Below are positions 29,013 through 37,833 of a stretch of DNA of 64,000 nucleotides, one piece after another. The notes below the pieces were generated by a model. That model was given only the letters and a program-made list of their open reading frames with translations, had not been told where the DNA came from and did no database searches. A program made the translations under genes and the position numbers. Within the stretch, counting starts at the first letter, position 1, and the number at the start of each line of letters is the position of its first letter. The DNA is from Reclinomonas americana ATCC 50394 (Eukaryota): positions 1,798,001-1,862,000 of the forward strand of contig PS015010.1 of assembly GCA_048213135.1 (NCBI GenBank), in the 5' to 3' direction.

Positions 29013-30002
29013 TTGACAGAAACCATTATTAATCTCGATACCGTAAATCCCATCGAGTTCTTCGGGGTAAACAACGGTAAACTGGACATCTTAAAAAAGA
29101 AATTCCCACTGGTAAAGATCTTAAGTCGCGGCACACAGGTCAAGTTGAGCGGGGCACCGGAACAGATAGAGGGAGCAAGGGAAAAGATCGACCTCATCCT
29201 GAAATATCTTGAACGTAACGGACATATGAGCGCCAATTATTTTGAACAGATCCTGGGCGGAGATGACGAACGGGTGATCGACAATTTCATGGACCGCAAT
29301 CCCAACGATGTGCTGGTATTCGGCCCCAACGGAAAAACCGTAAGGGCACGTACTGCCAACCAGAAGCGGATGGTGGAAGCCTGTGATAAGAACGACATCC
29401 TTTTCGCCATCGGCCCTGCCGGTACGGGTAAAACCTATACCGCTGTAGCGCTTGCCGTTCGTGCGCTGAAGAATAAGGTAGTAAAGAAGATCATCCTCAC
29501 CCGTCCCGCGGTGGAAGCGGGTGAAAGCCTGGGATTCCTGCCCGGCGACCTGAAAGAAAAGATCGATCCTTACCTGCGTCCTTTATATGATGCGCTGGAT
29601 GATATGATACCTGCTGATAAACTCGGGTATTATATGCAGACCCGCACCATTGAGATCGCACCGCTGGCCTACATGCGTGGCCGTACACTCGATAATGCGT
29701 TCATCATCCTTGATGAGGCACAGAACACCAACGATCTCCAGATCAAAATGTTCCTCACCAGGATTGGACCGAATGCCAAAGCCATCATCACCGGCGACCC
29801 CACACAGATCGACCTGCCGAAAAACCAGCAGAGCGGGCTGTTCAAAGCAACCAAGATATTAAGGAACATCGAAGGCATATCTTATATCGAACTGGATGAA
29901 GAAGACGTTGTTCGTCACCGCCTCGTGAAACAGATCATCAAAGCTTACAATAAAGCGGAAGGCAAAGACGAAAAACCGGAGGAAGCTAAGAAAGGTTCGT
30001 AG
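29013..30002 (+). CDS. phoH: PhoH family ATPase (YbeZ-like)
   Basis: GPAGTGKT, RPAVEAGE, YMRGRT, DEAQN, GDPTQID. Confidence 0.95.
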   Translation: MTETIINLDTVNPIEFFGVNNGKLDILKKKFPLVKILSRGTQVKLSGAPEQIEGAREKIDLILKYLERNGHMSANYFEQILGGDDERVIDNFMDRNPNDVLVFGPNGKTVRARTANQKRMVEACDKNDILFAIGPAGTGKTYTAVALAVRALKNKVVKKIILTRPAVEAGESLGFLPGDLKEKIDPYLRPLYDALDDMIPADKLGYYMQTRTIEIAPLAYMRGRTLDNAFIILDEAQNTNDLQIKMFLTRIGPNAKAIITGDPTQIDLPKNQQSGLFKATKILRNIEGISYIELDEEDVVRHRLVKQIIKAYNKAEGKDEKPEEAKKGS

Positions 30003-30010
30003 CTTTGCAC

Positions 30011-30703
30011 ATGCGTTCAACAGTACATACTAACCTTGATTATATAACGAGGTGGCTTTCGGGCCTCCTCGTTTTTTTATTGCCTGCCTGTAAAAACACG
30101 CCCTCCTACCAGCAACTGGTAATGACCCGCTCCGACAGTATGGCCGTGAAACAACAGGTACGGCGGGCTTTTGACAGTATCCGCTCCATTGCGCCTATGG
30201 TACACGATGGCGATCTTATCCTGCGTACCGGGAATGATTTCACCAGTGAAAGTTTACGGGGACTGAACCAGCGTGACCAGACCTACTCCCATTGCGGTAT
30301 CGCCAGTATTGAACATGACAGTGTTTTTGTATACCATGCCCTGGGTGGTGAATGGAACCCCGATCAGAAGATACGACGCGATCCTGTTGAACTGTTTGCC
30401 GAGCCCTACTCCAACCGCGGCATTGGCATTTACCGTTTTGATATACCGGCCACACAGGTAAAATCGCTGCTCGACACTGTTCGCAGCCTGCACCATGCCG
30501 GCGTTATGTTTGATATGAAATTTGATCTCACTACCGACGATCATATGTACTGCGCCGAATTTGTAAGCAAGTGTTATGACAGGGGAACGGCTCACCTGCT
30601 CGGTTTTCCGGTAAGCCAGTTGGGTAATTTCAGGTTTGTGGGTGTGGATGATATTTTCCTGCACCCGCTCTGCCACGAGTTGAAAAGAATTTTGTATAAA
30701 TAA
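30011..30703 (+). CDS. Permuted papain-like NlpC/P60 (YiiX/YebB) hydrolase lipoprotein
   Basis: GDLILR, YSHCGI and YCAEFV in permuted His-then-Cys order. Confidence 0.8.
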   Translation: MRSTVHTNLDYITRWLSGLLVFLLPACKNTPSYQQLVMTRSDSMAVKQQVRRAFDSIRSIAPMVHDGDLILRTGNDFTSESLRGLNQRDQTYSHCGIASIEHDSVFVYHALGGEWNPDQKIRRDPVELFAEPYSNRGIGIYRFDIPATQVKSLLDTVRSLHHAGVMFDMKFDLTTDDHMYCAEFVSKCYDRGTAHLLGFPVSQLGNFRFVGVDDIFLHPLCHELKRILYK

Positions 30704-30761
30704 AGTTTGAAACCTAGAAAATAAAATTAATTTTGGGCCTTAAACTAAAAAATCAACGTTT

Positions 30762-31268
30762 ATGAAAAAATTGTTACTGGCAGCATTTGTGGTTACTGCC
30801 GCATTCTTTACCAGCTGTAACTCAGGTGGCGGTGATCCTAAATCTGTATTGATCAGCTTCTTTGACGCCCTGGGCAAAAAAGATATTGCCGCAGCAAGGA
30901 AACTGGCTACTACAGAAAGCAAAAGCATGCTTGACATGATGGAAATGGCGCTGAAAATGAGCGAAGGAAAAGATGCCAAAGACGATAAATACGACAAAGA
31001 CAAAATGGAATTCGGCGAACCCAAAATCGAAGGTGACAAAGCAACCGTTGCCGTTAAAGAAAAAGGAACAGGAAAAACCACCAACTTCACCCTGAAAAAA
31101 GAAGGCGGCGCCTGGAAAGTGGCTTTCGACAAAGCTTCTATGGCTAACATGGAAGAAGGCGGAGAGAAAAACGTTCCCGACAGCCTGGGCAATGACCTGG
31201 AAAAACACGTAGATACTGCCTTGGACAAAATTAACCAAGCGATTGACACACTTAAAAAAGTGAACTAA
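30762..31268 (+). CDS. DUF4878-like lipoprotein
   Basis: Lipobox FTSC; GDKATV..LKKEGGAWKV. Confidence 0.75.
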   Translation: MKKLLLAAFVVTAAFFTSCNSGGGDPKSVLISFFDALGKKDIAAARKLATTESKSMLDMMEMALKMSEGKDAKDDKYDKDKMEFGEPKIEGDKATVAVKEKGTGKTTNFTLKKEGGAWKVAFDKASMANMEEGGEKNVPDSLGNDLEKHVDTALDKINQAIDTLKKVN

Positions 31269-31286
31269 TACAACCTGACTTTTTAC

Positions 31287-31316
31287 AGAGCGCCCCAAAT
31301 TGAGGGCGCTTTTTTT
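31287..31316 (+). terminator. Intrinsic terminator
   Basis: AGCGCCC/GGGCGCT stem plus T7. Confidence 0.8.
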
Positions 31317-31348
31317 ACCCTGACCTAAAAGATGTTTACCTTTAAAAT

Positions 31349-31756
31349 ATGATCAGAACCGCCATATACACATTACTGCTTGCCCTTGGCCTCGCTGCCT
31401 GCTCCGGGAGTGGTGACAAGAAGGTAGAGACCGATATCGACGTGGCCAATGTCTTCATCCGTGACATGCTCGACAATAAGCTGAAAGACGCGGAAGGACT
31501 GGTATTGCCAGATGAGGAGAATAAGCAATATTTTGAGGTTATCCGCCAGCAATACAGTAAAAAGGACGCGGCGGAACTGGAAAAATATAAATCATCCTCC
31601 ATCATCATCAATGAAGTCAGCCCGGTGAACGATTCCGTTTCCATTGTTAATTACAGCAACAGTTACAACAAACAGGATAAGAATAAACTGAAGATGGTAC
31701 GTAAAGAAGGAAAATGGCTGGTCGATCTTAAATATACTTTTTCAGGAAACCTGTAA
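31349..31756 (+). CDS. DUF4878-like lipoprotein
   Basis: Lipobox LAAC; MVRKEGKWLVD. Confidence 0.65.
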   Translation: MIRTAIYTLLLALGLAACSGSGDKKVETDIDVANVFIRDMLDNKLKDAEGLVLPDEENKQYFEVIRQQYSKKDAAELEKYKSSSIIINEVSPVNDSVSIVNYSNSYNKQDKNKLKMVRKEGKWLVDLKYTFSGNL

Positions 31757-31759
31757 ACT

Positions 31760-32122
31760 ATGCTCAAGAATTTCCTGCTGGTGGGACTGGGCGGCGGCAT
31801 TGGTTCCATGCTGCGTTACGGCGCCTACCGGCTGATGGACACAGGGCGCTTTCCTTACGCCACCTTTACGGTAAACATCGCCGGCAGTTTTATCATCGGC
31901 CTGGTAGCGGGGCTTAGCCTGAAAAATGCCGCTTTCGACAATAACTGGAAACTATTCCTGGCCACCGGTATATGCGGAGGTTTTACCACGTTCTCCGCTT
32001 TTTCAATGGATAATTTACAACTTCTTCAGAACGGCAAATACGGCACCGCTTTGCTGTACACCGTGGCCAGCATCGGCCTGGGCCTGGCTGCCGCTTTTGG
32101 AGGATATAAACTCATGCAATAA
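31760..32122 (+). CDS. crcB: Fluoride channel Fluc
   Basis: GGGIGSMLRY, TFTVNIAGSF, GICGGFTTFSAF. Confidence 0.95.
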   Translation: MLKNFLLVGLGGGIGSMLRYGAYRLMDTGRFPYATFTVNIAGSFIIGLVAGLSLKNAAFDNNWKLFLATGICGGFTTFSAFSMDNLQLLQNGKYGTALLYTVASIGLGLAAAFGGYKLMQ

Positions 32123-32132
32123 ACACTGAATT

Positions 32133-32675
32133 ATGTATGTACTGCATCCCTGGCATGGCGCTCATTACGGCGACAAAGCACCGCAGGTAGTAAAAGGACT
32201 GATCGAGATCCCCGAAGGATCAAAAGCCAAATACGAGATCGACAAAGCGACGGGCCTCCTCAAACTGGACCGGGTGATCTATTCTTCCTTCCACTACCCC
32301 GTTAACTATGGTTTCATTCCGCAAACGCTCGGACATGATGGCGATCCGCTGGATATCCTTGTGATCTGCAGCGAAAGCATACAGCCCCTCTGCCTGGTAG
32401 AAGCCACCGTGATTGGTAATATGCAGATGATCGACAATGGCGAAAAGGATGACAAGATCATCGCCGTAGCCACTAAAGATCCTTCGGTAAACTATATACA
32501 GGATGTAGAAGACCTGCCCAAACATTTTATCGCCGTGCTGAAAAACTATTTTGAGCAATATAAAGTACTGGAGAATAAAGTGGTGGAAATAGATGAATTC
32601 CAATCCAAGGAAGCAGCTTATCGCATTATTGAAGAAGCCATCGGCCTTTACAAAGAAAAATTTCCACCTAAGTAA
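32133..32675 (+). CDS. ppa: Family I inorganic pyrophosphatase
   Basis: HPWH, KYEIDK, YGFIPQT, DGDPLD, DDKIIAV. Confidence 0.95.
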   Translation: MYVLHPWHGAHYGDKAPQVVKGLIEIPEGSKAKYEIDKATGLLKLDRVIYSSFHYPVNYGFIPQTLGHDGDPLDILVICSESIQPLCLVEATVIGNMQMIDNGEKDDKIIAVATKDPSVNYIQDVEDLPKHFIAVLKNYFEQYKVLENKVVEIDEFQSKEAAYRIIEEAIGLYKEKFPPK

Positions 32676-33139
32676 TGACCCCTAAACATAAAGATATGGA
32701 CATACAGTCAATCGTCATATTGATCCTCATCGGTATCAGCGCCGGCATGCTGAGCGGACTGGTAGGCGTTGGCGGCGGCATCATCATTGTGCCTGCTCTC
32801 GTATTCTTCCTGGGGTTCTCACAAAAAATGGCGCAGGGTACTTCACTCGGCATCCTGTTGCTTCCGGTAGGCATTTTGGGTGTAATGCAATTTTACAAAC
32901 AGGGCTACATTGATATTAAAGTGGTAGCCATCATTTCGTTCGCTTTCCTGTTCGGGAGTTATTTTGGAAGTAAGATAGCTCTCAGCCTGTCGCAGGAAAC
33001 GGTTAAGAAGATATTCGCCTGTCTCATGATCCTCATCGCGGTGAAACTGCTTTTCTTCGACAAACCCAAACCCACCGCGAAAAACGAAGTTCCCAATTCA
33101 GGAACGATTGCCAGGCCTGAATCTGCAGAGAAGGGGTGA
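32675..33139 (+). CDS. TauE/SafE (TSUP) family transporter, half-size
   Basis: GLVGVGGGIIIVP, AQGTSL; alternative ATG at 32696. Confidence 0.85.
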   Translation: MTPKHKDMDIQSIVILILIGISAGMLSGLVGVGGGIIIVPALVFFLGFSQKMAQGTSLGILLLPVGILGVMQFYKQGYIDIKVVAIISFAFLFGSYFGSKIALSLSQETVKKIFACLMILIAVKLLFFDKPKPTAKNEVPNSGTIARPESAEKG

Positions 33140-33142
33140 GTG

Positions 33143-33240
33143 AAATTCAAAAAAGTAAAAAGTCAAAATTAAAAAGTAAAAAAACTGCTTCTATTTCTGG
33201 GGTTCCAGTTTTAACTTTTTAATTTTTTATTTTTAATTTA
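33143..33240. repeat. A-rich / T-rich heptamer inverted tract between convergent genes
   Basis: AAAAGTA AAAAGTC AAAATTA AAAAGTA .. TAACTTT TTAATTT TTTATTT; similar tract at about 61244-61280. Confidence 0.6.
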
Positions 33241-34029
33241 TCAAAAGTACCGCTTAATAATCCGCAACTGCTGCGTCCTTAACCCGGTATCTGTATTCAC
33301 GATCCCCTGGCTGTCTACCTTATCAATCCTTACCTTTCCCGCTGCATGAATGATCTCGTGTTCATTGAGCAATATGCCCACGTGAATGATATTTCCCTGC
33401 TCATCATCAAAAAAAGCCAGGTCGCCGCAGCGGGCCTGCTGGATAAAAGAGATCAGCTCTCCCTGCCCCGCCTGCATCGACGCGTCACGCATCAGCGGTA
33501 TATTCAGGAAACGGAAAACCATTTGAGAAAAACCACTGCAGTCGGTGCCAAAAACCGATCTGCCACCCCACAGGTAACTGGTGTTGAGAAATTTATAGGC
33601 CAGTTGTTTCAGCGTTTTCGCATCCCTCTTCGCTTCCGCGGGATTCCATACTTTTCCGGAGAAATGTACCGTGCTTTTACGCCATAAACTATTGCCATTG
33701 CGCATGGCGGTGAGACTGCTGCCAAACGGCACATACATCGGGTGACCGTTGTACTCGATCTCATTGACCCAGTCGGCCGTTAGTGACTGCTCTGCCAGGT
33801 TGTAATGCTCCTCATCAATTTCCTGCAAATGCGATTGCTGGCACCAGCCGGTATAGGCATCATTCTTACAGACTACTTTTACCCAGCCGTTCTTTCCTGT
33901 GATGGTGATGATGGCGCACTCGCCAAATAATAGCTGGCTCACCATTTCTGCTTTGTGGTCGGGTTCCATACGCATCGGTGCCACGGGCACACAACAAACC
34001 GAATAACTCATATCCTCTGTTTTGTTCAC
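33241..34029 (-). CDS. SH3-NlpC/P60 (C40) peptidoglycan peptidase
   Basis: SQLLFGE SH3b region; YLWGGRS..DCSG, GDLAFF, HVGI. Confidence 0.9.
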   Translation of the reverse strand: MNKTEDMSYSVCCVPVAPMRMEPDHKAEMVSQLLFGECAIITITGKNGWVKVVCKNDAYTGWCQQSHLQEIDEEHYNLAEQSLTADWVNEIEYNGHPMYVPFGSSLTAMRNGNSLWRKSTVHFSGKVWNPAEAKRDAKTLKQLAYKFLNTSYLWGGRSVFGTDCSGFSQMVFRFLNIPLMRDASMQAGQGELISFIQQARCGDLAFFDDEQGNIIHVGILLNEHEIIHAAGKVRIDKVDSQGIVNTDTGLRTQQLRIIKRYF

Positions 34030-34127
34030 TTATTTTCTGCCCGGCGCAGCGCCCCGGGATTACACCCTTCTAAATTATGGAATTTACCTAAGTTTACATC
34101 TTACAAGCATATAAAACTGCCGGCAGG

Positions 34128-34700
34128 GTGACTACCAATAAATATAACGATATAGATGATAATGAGTTATTGCAGCGGTTCTACGCCTACCACGACAATG
34201 AGTGGCTGGGCATACTGATGCAGCGGTATACCATGCTGCTGCTGGGTGTGTGCATGAAATACCTCAAAAACGAGGAAGAAGCGAAAGACGCGGTGCAGCA
34301 GGTATTCCTGAAAGCCATAGGCGAACTGCAGAAATATAAAGTGGACTATTTCAAGAGCTGGATATACATGATCGCCAAGAACCACTGCCTGATGAAACTG
34401 AGGGATAAAGGGAAATACAACGTGGAGATCAATGAACGCCTGATGGCTACACCCGAGGAACCCGTTGAAAAGAACAGTCACCACGAAAAGGACAGAACGC
34501 TTAACCTGATGGCCGAAGCCCTGCAGCAACTCAACAAAGAGCAGCAACTTTGCGTAACTTTGTTCTATCTTGAAAAAAAGAGTTACCAGGACATAGCCAG
34601 CGAAACGAACTTCAGCCTGATGCAGGTGAAAAGCCACATACAGAACGGTAAACGGAATCTTAAAATAGCCATGGAAAAGCTGATCGACAATGAGCGATAA
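34128..34700 (+). CDS. ECF RNA polymerase sigma factor
   Basis: EEAKDAVQQVF, FKSWIY..AKNHC, region 4 SYQDIA..VKSHIQNGKR. Confidence 0.9.
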   Translation: MTTNKYNDIDDNELLQRFYAYHDNEWLGILMQRYTMLLLGVCMKYLKNEEEAKDAVQQVFLKAIGELQKYKVDYFKSWIYMIAKNHCLMKLRDKGKYNVEINERLMATPEEPVEKNSHHEKDRTLNLMAEALQQLNKEQQLCVTLFYLEKKSYQDIASETNFSLMQVKSHIQNGKRNLKIAMEKLIDNER

Positions 34701-35106
34701 CCTGAAAGACATATTATCCAACCTGAACAAAGAGGTAGAACAGGAAAAGCTCCTGGACTATCTCAATAAGAAATTGTCTGCAGGCGAAGCCCATGAAATT
34801 GAAAAGCAGATGGCCGATGATCCGTTCATGGACGATGCCATGGAAGGACTGGGTGAATTTAAAAATACCGCCGCACTGAATGACTATGTACAGCAGCTTA
34901 ACCAGAACCTGCAGAAACAACTCAGCAAAAAGAAACAACGCAAAGAAAAACGCCGGCTGAAAGATCAGCCCTGGCTATATTTTACCATCATCCTGATACT
35001 GATACTGGCGATCATTTCCTATGTGCTGATACAAAAGCACAGGAACAGCATCGCCCCTCCTGCCCCGCCACCAGCCGAAGTTCCGGCGCCTTCAAAAAAA
35101 ATATAA
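34690..35106 (+). CDS. Putative anti-sigma-like single-pass membrane protein
   Basis: Overlaps the sigma stop; LLDYL..L..EAHEIEK N-domain, one TM, short Pro-rich tail. Confidence 0.65.
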   Translation: MSDNLKDILSNLNKEVEQEKLLDYLNKKLSAGEAHEIEKQMADDPFMDDAMEGLGEFKNTAALNDYVQQLNQNLQKQLSKKKQRKEKRRLKDQPWLYFTIILILILAIISYVLIQKHRNSIAPPAPPPAEVPAPSKKI

Positions 35107-35107
35107 C

Positions 35108-35139
35108 AAAAGCCCCGCCCCGGAGGGCAGGGCCTTGTT
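35108..35139. terminator. Terminator between convergent genes
   Basis: GCCCCGCCC/GGGCAGGGC stem. Confidence 0.65.
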
Positions 35140-35158
35140 CTGCTGGGTTACAATTCAC

Positions 35159-37630
35159 CTATTGTTTTACAAATCGCAACACTTGTAGGGTTCCGTCTGT
35201 GGCCACTCCTTTCAATGCATAAACGCCGGGCCGCAGGTTACTGATATCTACATTAAAAGACGCCGTTCCCGCCGGAAATGGCCGGTATACCGACAGCAAT
35301 ATTCTTCCCTGCATATCTGCCAGTTGCAATTGCAGGCCAACCGCGGCTGATGCGCTCACCTGCACAGCAAGGGTTGCCCCGGCTGTCCTGTTCAACCCGG
35401 TATTGCTCATTTCCCAGCCCTTACCATTCAACTGCAGCGCCGCCACATTGCTGTAACTCTTCCTGCCACTATTGTCTGTTACCTGTAACCGGTAGTACAA
35501 CAGGCCGCTGCCGGGGGCCCTGTCCTCGTACATCGTTTGCGAAGCGGGCAGTTCCGCCAGTACACTGAACAATTGCCCGTTATAAGAACGTTCTGTTTTG
35601 ATGGATTGGATGTTATTGCTCAATCCGGTCAGCCAGCTGAGCACTACATTTCCCTGTACCGGCCTGGCCTTTAGTACCACGGGTAATGGCGCATCCAGTA
35701 TGGACGACATATTCCCGATGACATACGCCGAATCAAGACTGTTAGGACTGAATGGCCCTGCGGTATAAGGATTGGCGCCCGCCGGTGTATTGGTCACACC
35801 CGCCGGATCCACATGCCATGATCCTCCCGCGAAATGTCCCAGTTCCATGGCTGCCGTTGCGGTACAGCTGCTGCCTTTGGTGGTATCATGATACTGGAAA
35901 GTAAGCGCAACGGAATTGGCCACGATGGAAGAAGCTGTTGTAAGTACCCAGGTTCTTTTAATAGTACGTGTTGGACTGTAAATACCACCCGGCGTATTGC
36001 CATACTGCACCCGTATCGCGTAATCATTGGTAATGGCGGAACCCGAAGTGGCAATCGTCAGTGGCTCATAACTGTTGCTGAGCAAAGCCCCGAGCGGAAC
36101 CGTCAATGAGGAGGCAGCAGGCATTCCGGTGAATTTGATCTTCCCGGTTCCATTGGTATAAAACCTGGGGACAGGTGTTCCGGCCGCATTGCTGAAATTA
36201 TTATAAGGGATGGTCAGCGTATTGTTGTTCAGCCTGACGGTTCCCCTGGTGAAAATAAAAGGAACATTAGGCGGCATCGTAAAATCAGTCAGCAGGTTCA
36301 CATAAAAAGAAGTACTGCCGTTATTCATATTGAGGGAATACGTTCCTGAACCCAGGTTATCGATCTGCAGGTCCTGCGCCTGGGAACTGCTGTTCAACGC
36401 AATACTGTTTTGCGTACCGAAGGCTGACGTGGCGAAAAGCGTTCCGCCGGTCTTGATAAAGTTGCGGCCTACATTCAATTGCATGTACCCGCCGGGAGAC
36501 AATCCTGTTGGCCGGTTGGTAAGATCGAAACTTCCGCCGGTCATAATAAAATCGCGGTTAACGGGTAATACAATGGGATAAGCACTGCCCGCGTCGCCGG
36601 GAAAAGTAGCGTTACCGATGACTGTACCGCCGGTTATTTTGAAATCAGATGTGATCACTTTGGAAGCACAGGTTGTTGCCGTGGGCACACCCAGGTAAAG
36701 CGTACCGCCCTGCACTTCAAGATGCCCCACGCTGTAACAGGGCGTTACACCCAGGCTGGCTGTACCACTGCCGGTATTGATGATGCGGACACTGTCTACA
36801 TGGAACAGCAACCCCACAGACGGTACAACACCTAATGCATTTCCGGTTTGCGAAGGACAATTCCAGATGATGAGGCCGTAATAGTTACCGATATTATCCA
36901 GCGTAACCGTAGTGGTTACAACACCGGTTATATTGATGATGCCTCCATCCTGGCAGGTAAGTCCGGGTAATGCAGCGCCATCTCTTGCCCATTGCAATTC
37001 GCCACCGCTCTCGATATAAAATCTTGTCCAGCTTGTCGCGAAGTTGGACAATTGCGCTGAAGGCCCCGACAGGATAATTTTACCATACACCCTTGTACTG
37101 CCGCCAAAAGCGGAAGAAACATAAAACTTACGATTGGTGCTGGCGTTGGTGCCGGTGCCCTGCATATCCACGATGCCGTAGATCAATCCCGTGCTGGCCA
37201 CCGTACTCATGCTACCGAACTCGAATATGGTAGTGGTGGCTGCTCCGATATTGATCCGGCTGGTGACATCTACGGTAAGACCATTGCCAAAATAAAAATA
37301 AGTATTGCTTGCAGAAGAGATATTGACTGTAACTCCATTGATCACCGACAACTGCCCGAACAGGTCGGTGGTTGTTTTTGCAGGATAATCAGTGATAGTA
37401 ACTGAAGAAGAAAGGGATCCGTCGAAAATAATATCATCACCAACAGCAGGACTTGTTGCGGTAACAGGTACACCTGCAGGACTCCAGTTGCCGGCCACAC
37501 TCCAGGAGCCGGAACTGCCACCCACCCATGTTTTGACGGTCGCGAAAGAAGACTGAACCAGGCAGAGCAGGATAGCCATGCCATATAAACGAAGCGATCC
37601 GGCGGTAAAGAGCGTAGCTATTCTGAACAT
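35159..37630 (-). CDS. T9SS type A CTD-secreted beta-strand-repeat protein
   Basis: TWVGGSSGSWSVAGNWS N-terminus, GGT-type beta repeats, C-terminal LRPGVY..LRFVKQ; start uncertain (37630 or 37690). Confidence 0.8.
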   Translation of the reverse strand: MFRIATLFTAGSLRLYGMAILLCLVQSSFATVKTWVGGSSGSWSVAGNWSPAGVPVTATSPAVGDDIIFDGSLSSSVTITDYPAKTTTDLFGQLSVINGVTVNISSASNTYFYFGNGLTVDVTSRINIGAATTTIFEFGSMSTVASTGLIYGIVDMQGTGTNASTNRKFYVSSAFGGSTRVYGKIILSGPSAQLSNFATSWTRFYIESGGELQWARDGAALPGLTCQDGGIINITGVVTTTVTLDNIGNYYGLIIWNCPSQTGNALGVVPSVGLLFHVDSVRIINTGSGTASLGVTPCYSVGHLEVQGGTLYLGVPTATTCASKVITSDFKITGGTVIGNATFPGDAGSAYPIVLPVNRDFIMTGGSFDLTNRPTGLSPGGYMQLNVGRNFIKTGGTLFATSAFGTQNSIALNSSSQAQDLQIDNLGSGTYSLNMNNGSTSFYVNLLTDFTMPPNVPFIFTRGTVRLNNNTLTIPYNNFSNAAGTPVPRFYTNGTGKIKFTGMPAASSLTVPLGALLSNSYEPLTIATSGSAITNDYAIRVQYGNTPGGIYSPTRTIKRTWVLTTASSIVANSVALTFQYHDTTKGSSCTATAAMELGHFAGGSWHVDPAGVTNTPAGANPYTAGPFSPNSLDSAYVIGNMSSILDAPLPVVLKARPVQGNVVLSWLTGLSNNIQSIKTERSYNGQLFSVLAELPASQTMYEDRAPGSGLLYYRLQVTDNSGRKSYSNVAALQLNGKGWEMSNTGLNRTAGATLAVQVSASAAVGLQLQLADMQGRILLSVYRPFPAGTASFNVDISNLRPGVYALKGVATDGTLQVLRFVKQ

Positions 37631-37833
37631 ATGCACATCAGGTTTAAAATAGCTGATCACAGGTATTGAGATGGGAATGGCGGTAACCATTGCGGCGATA
37701 AAATTAGGAAGCAGTTCAAAGGCGGGAAATACTCAATATTGAGTAGCCGGGCAAGGGCAAGGACGGGTCAGAAAACGAAAAATGCCATCCCGGGCAGAAC
37801 AGGACGGCACTTTTCTATCGTAAAACCAGAAAG

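Noticed and set aside
32672..32686. TAATGACCCCT resembling the 3' part of a fluoride riboswitch
   Set aside because: No 5' GGCGATG-type half, lies downstream of crcB, and is explained by the ppa stop/tauE start overlap
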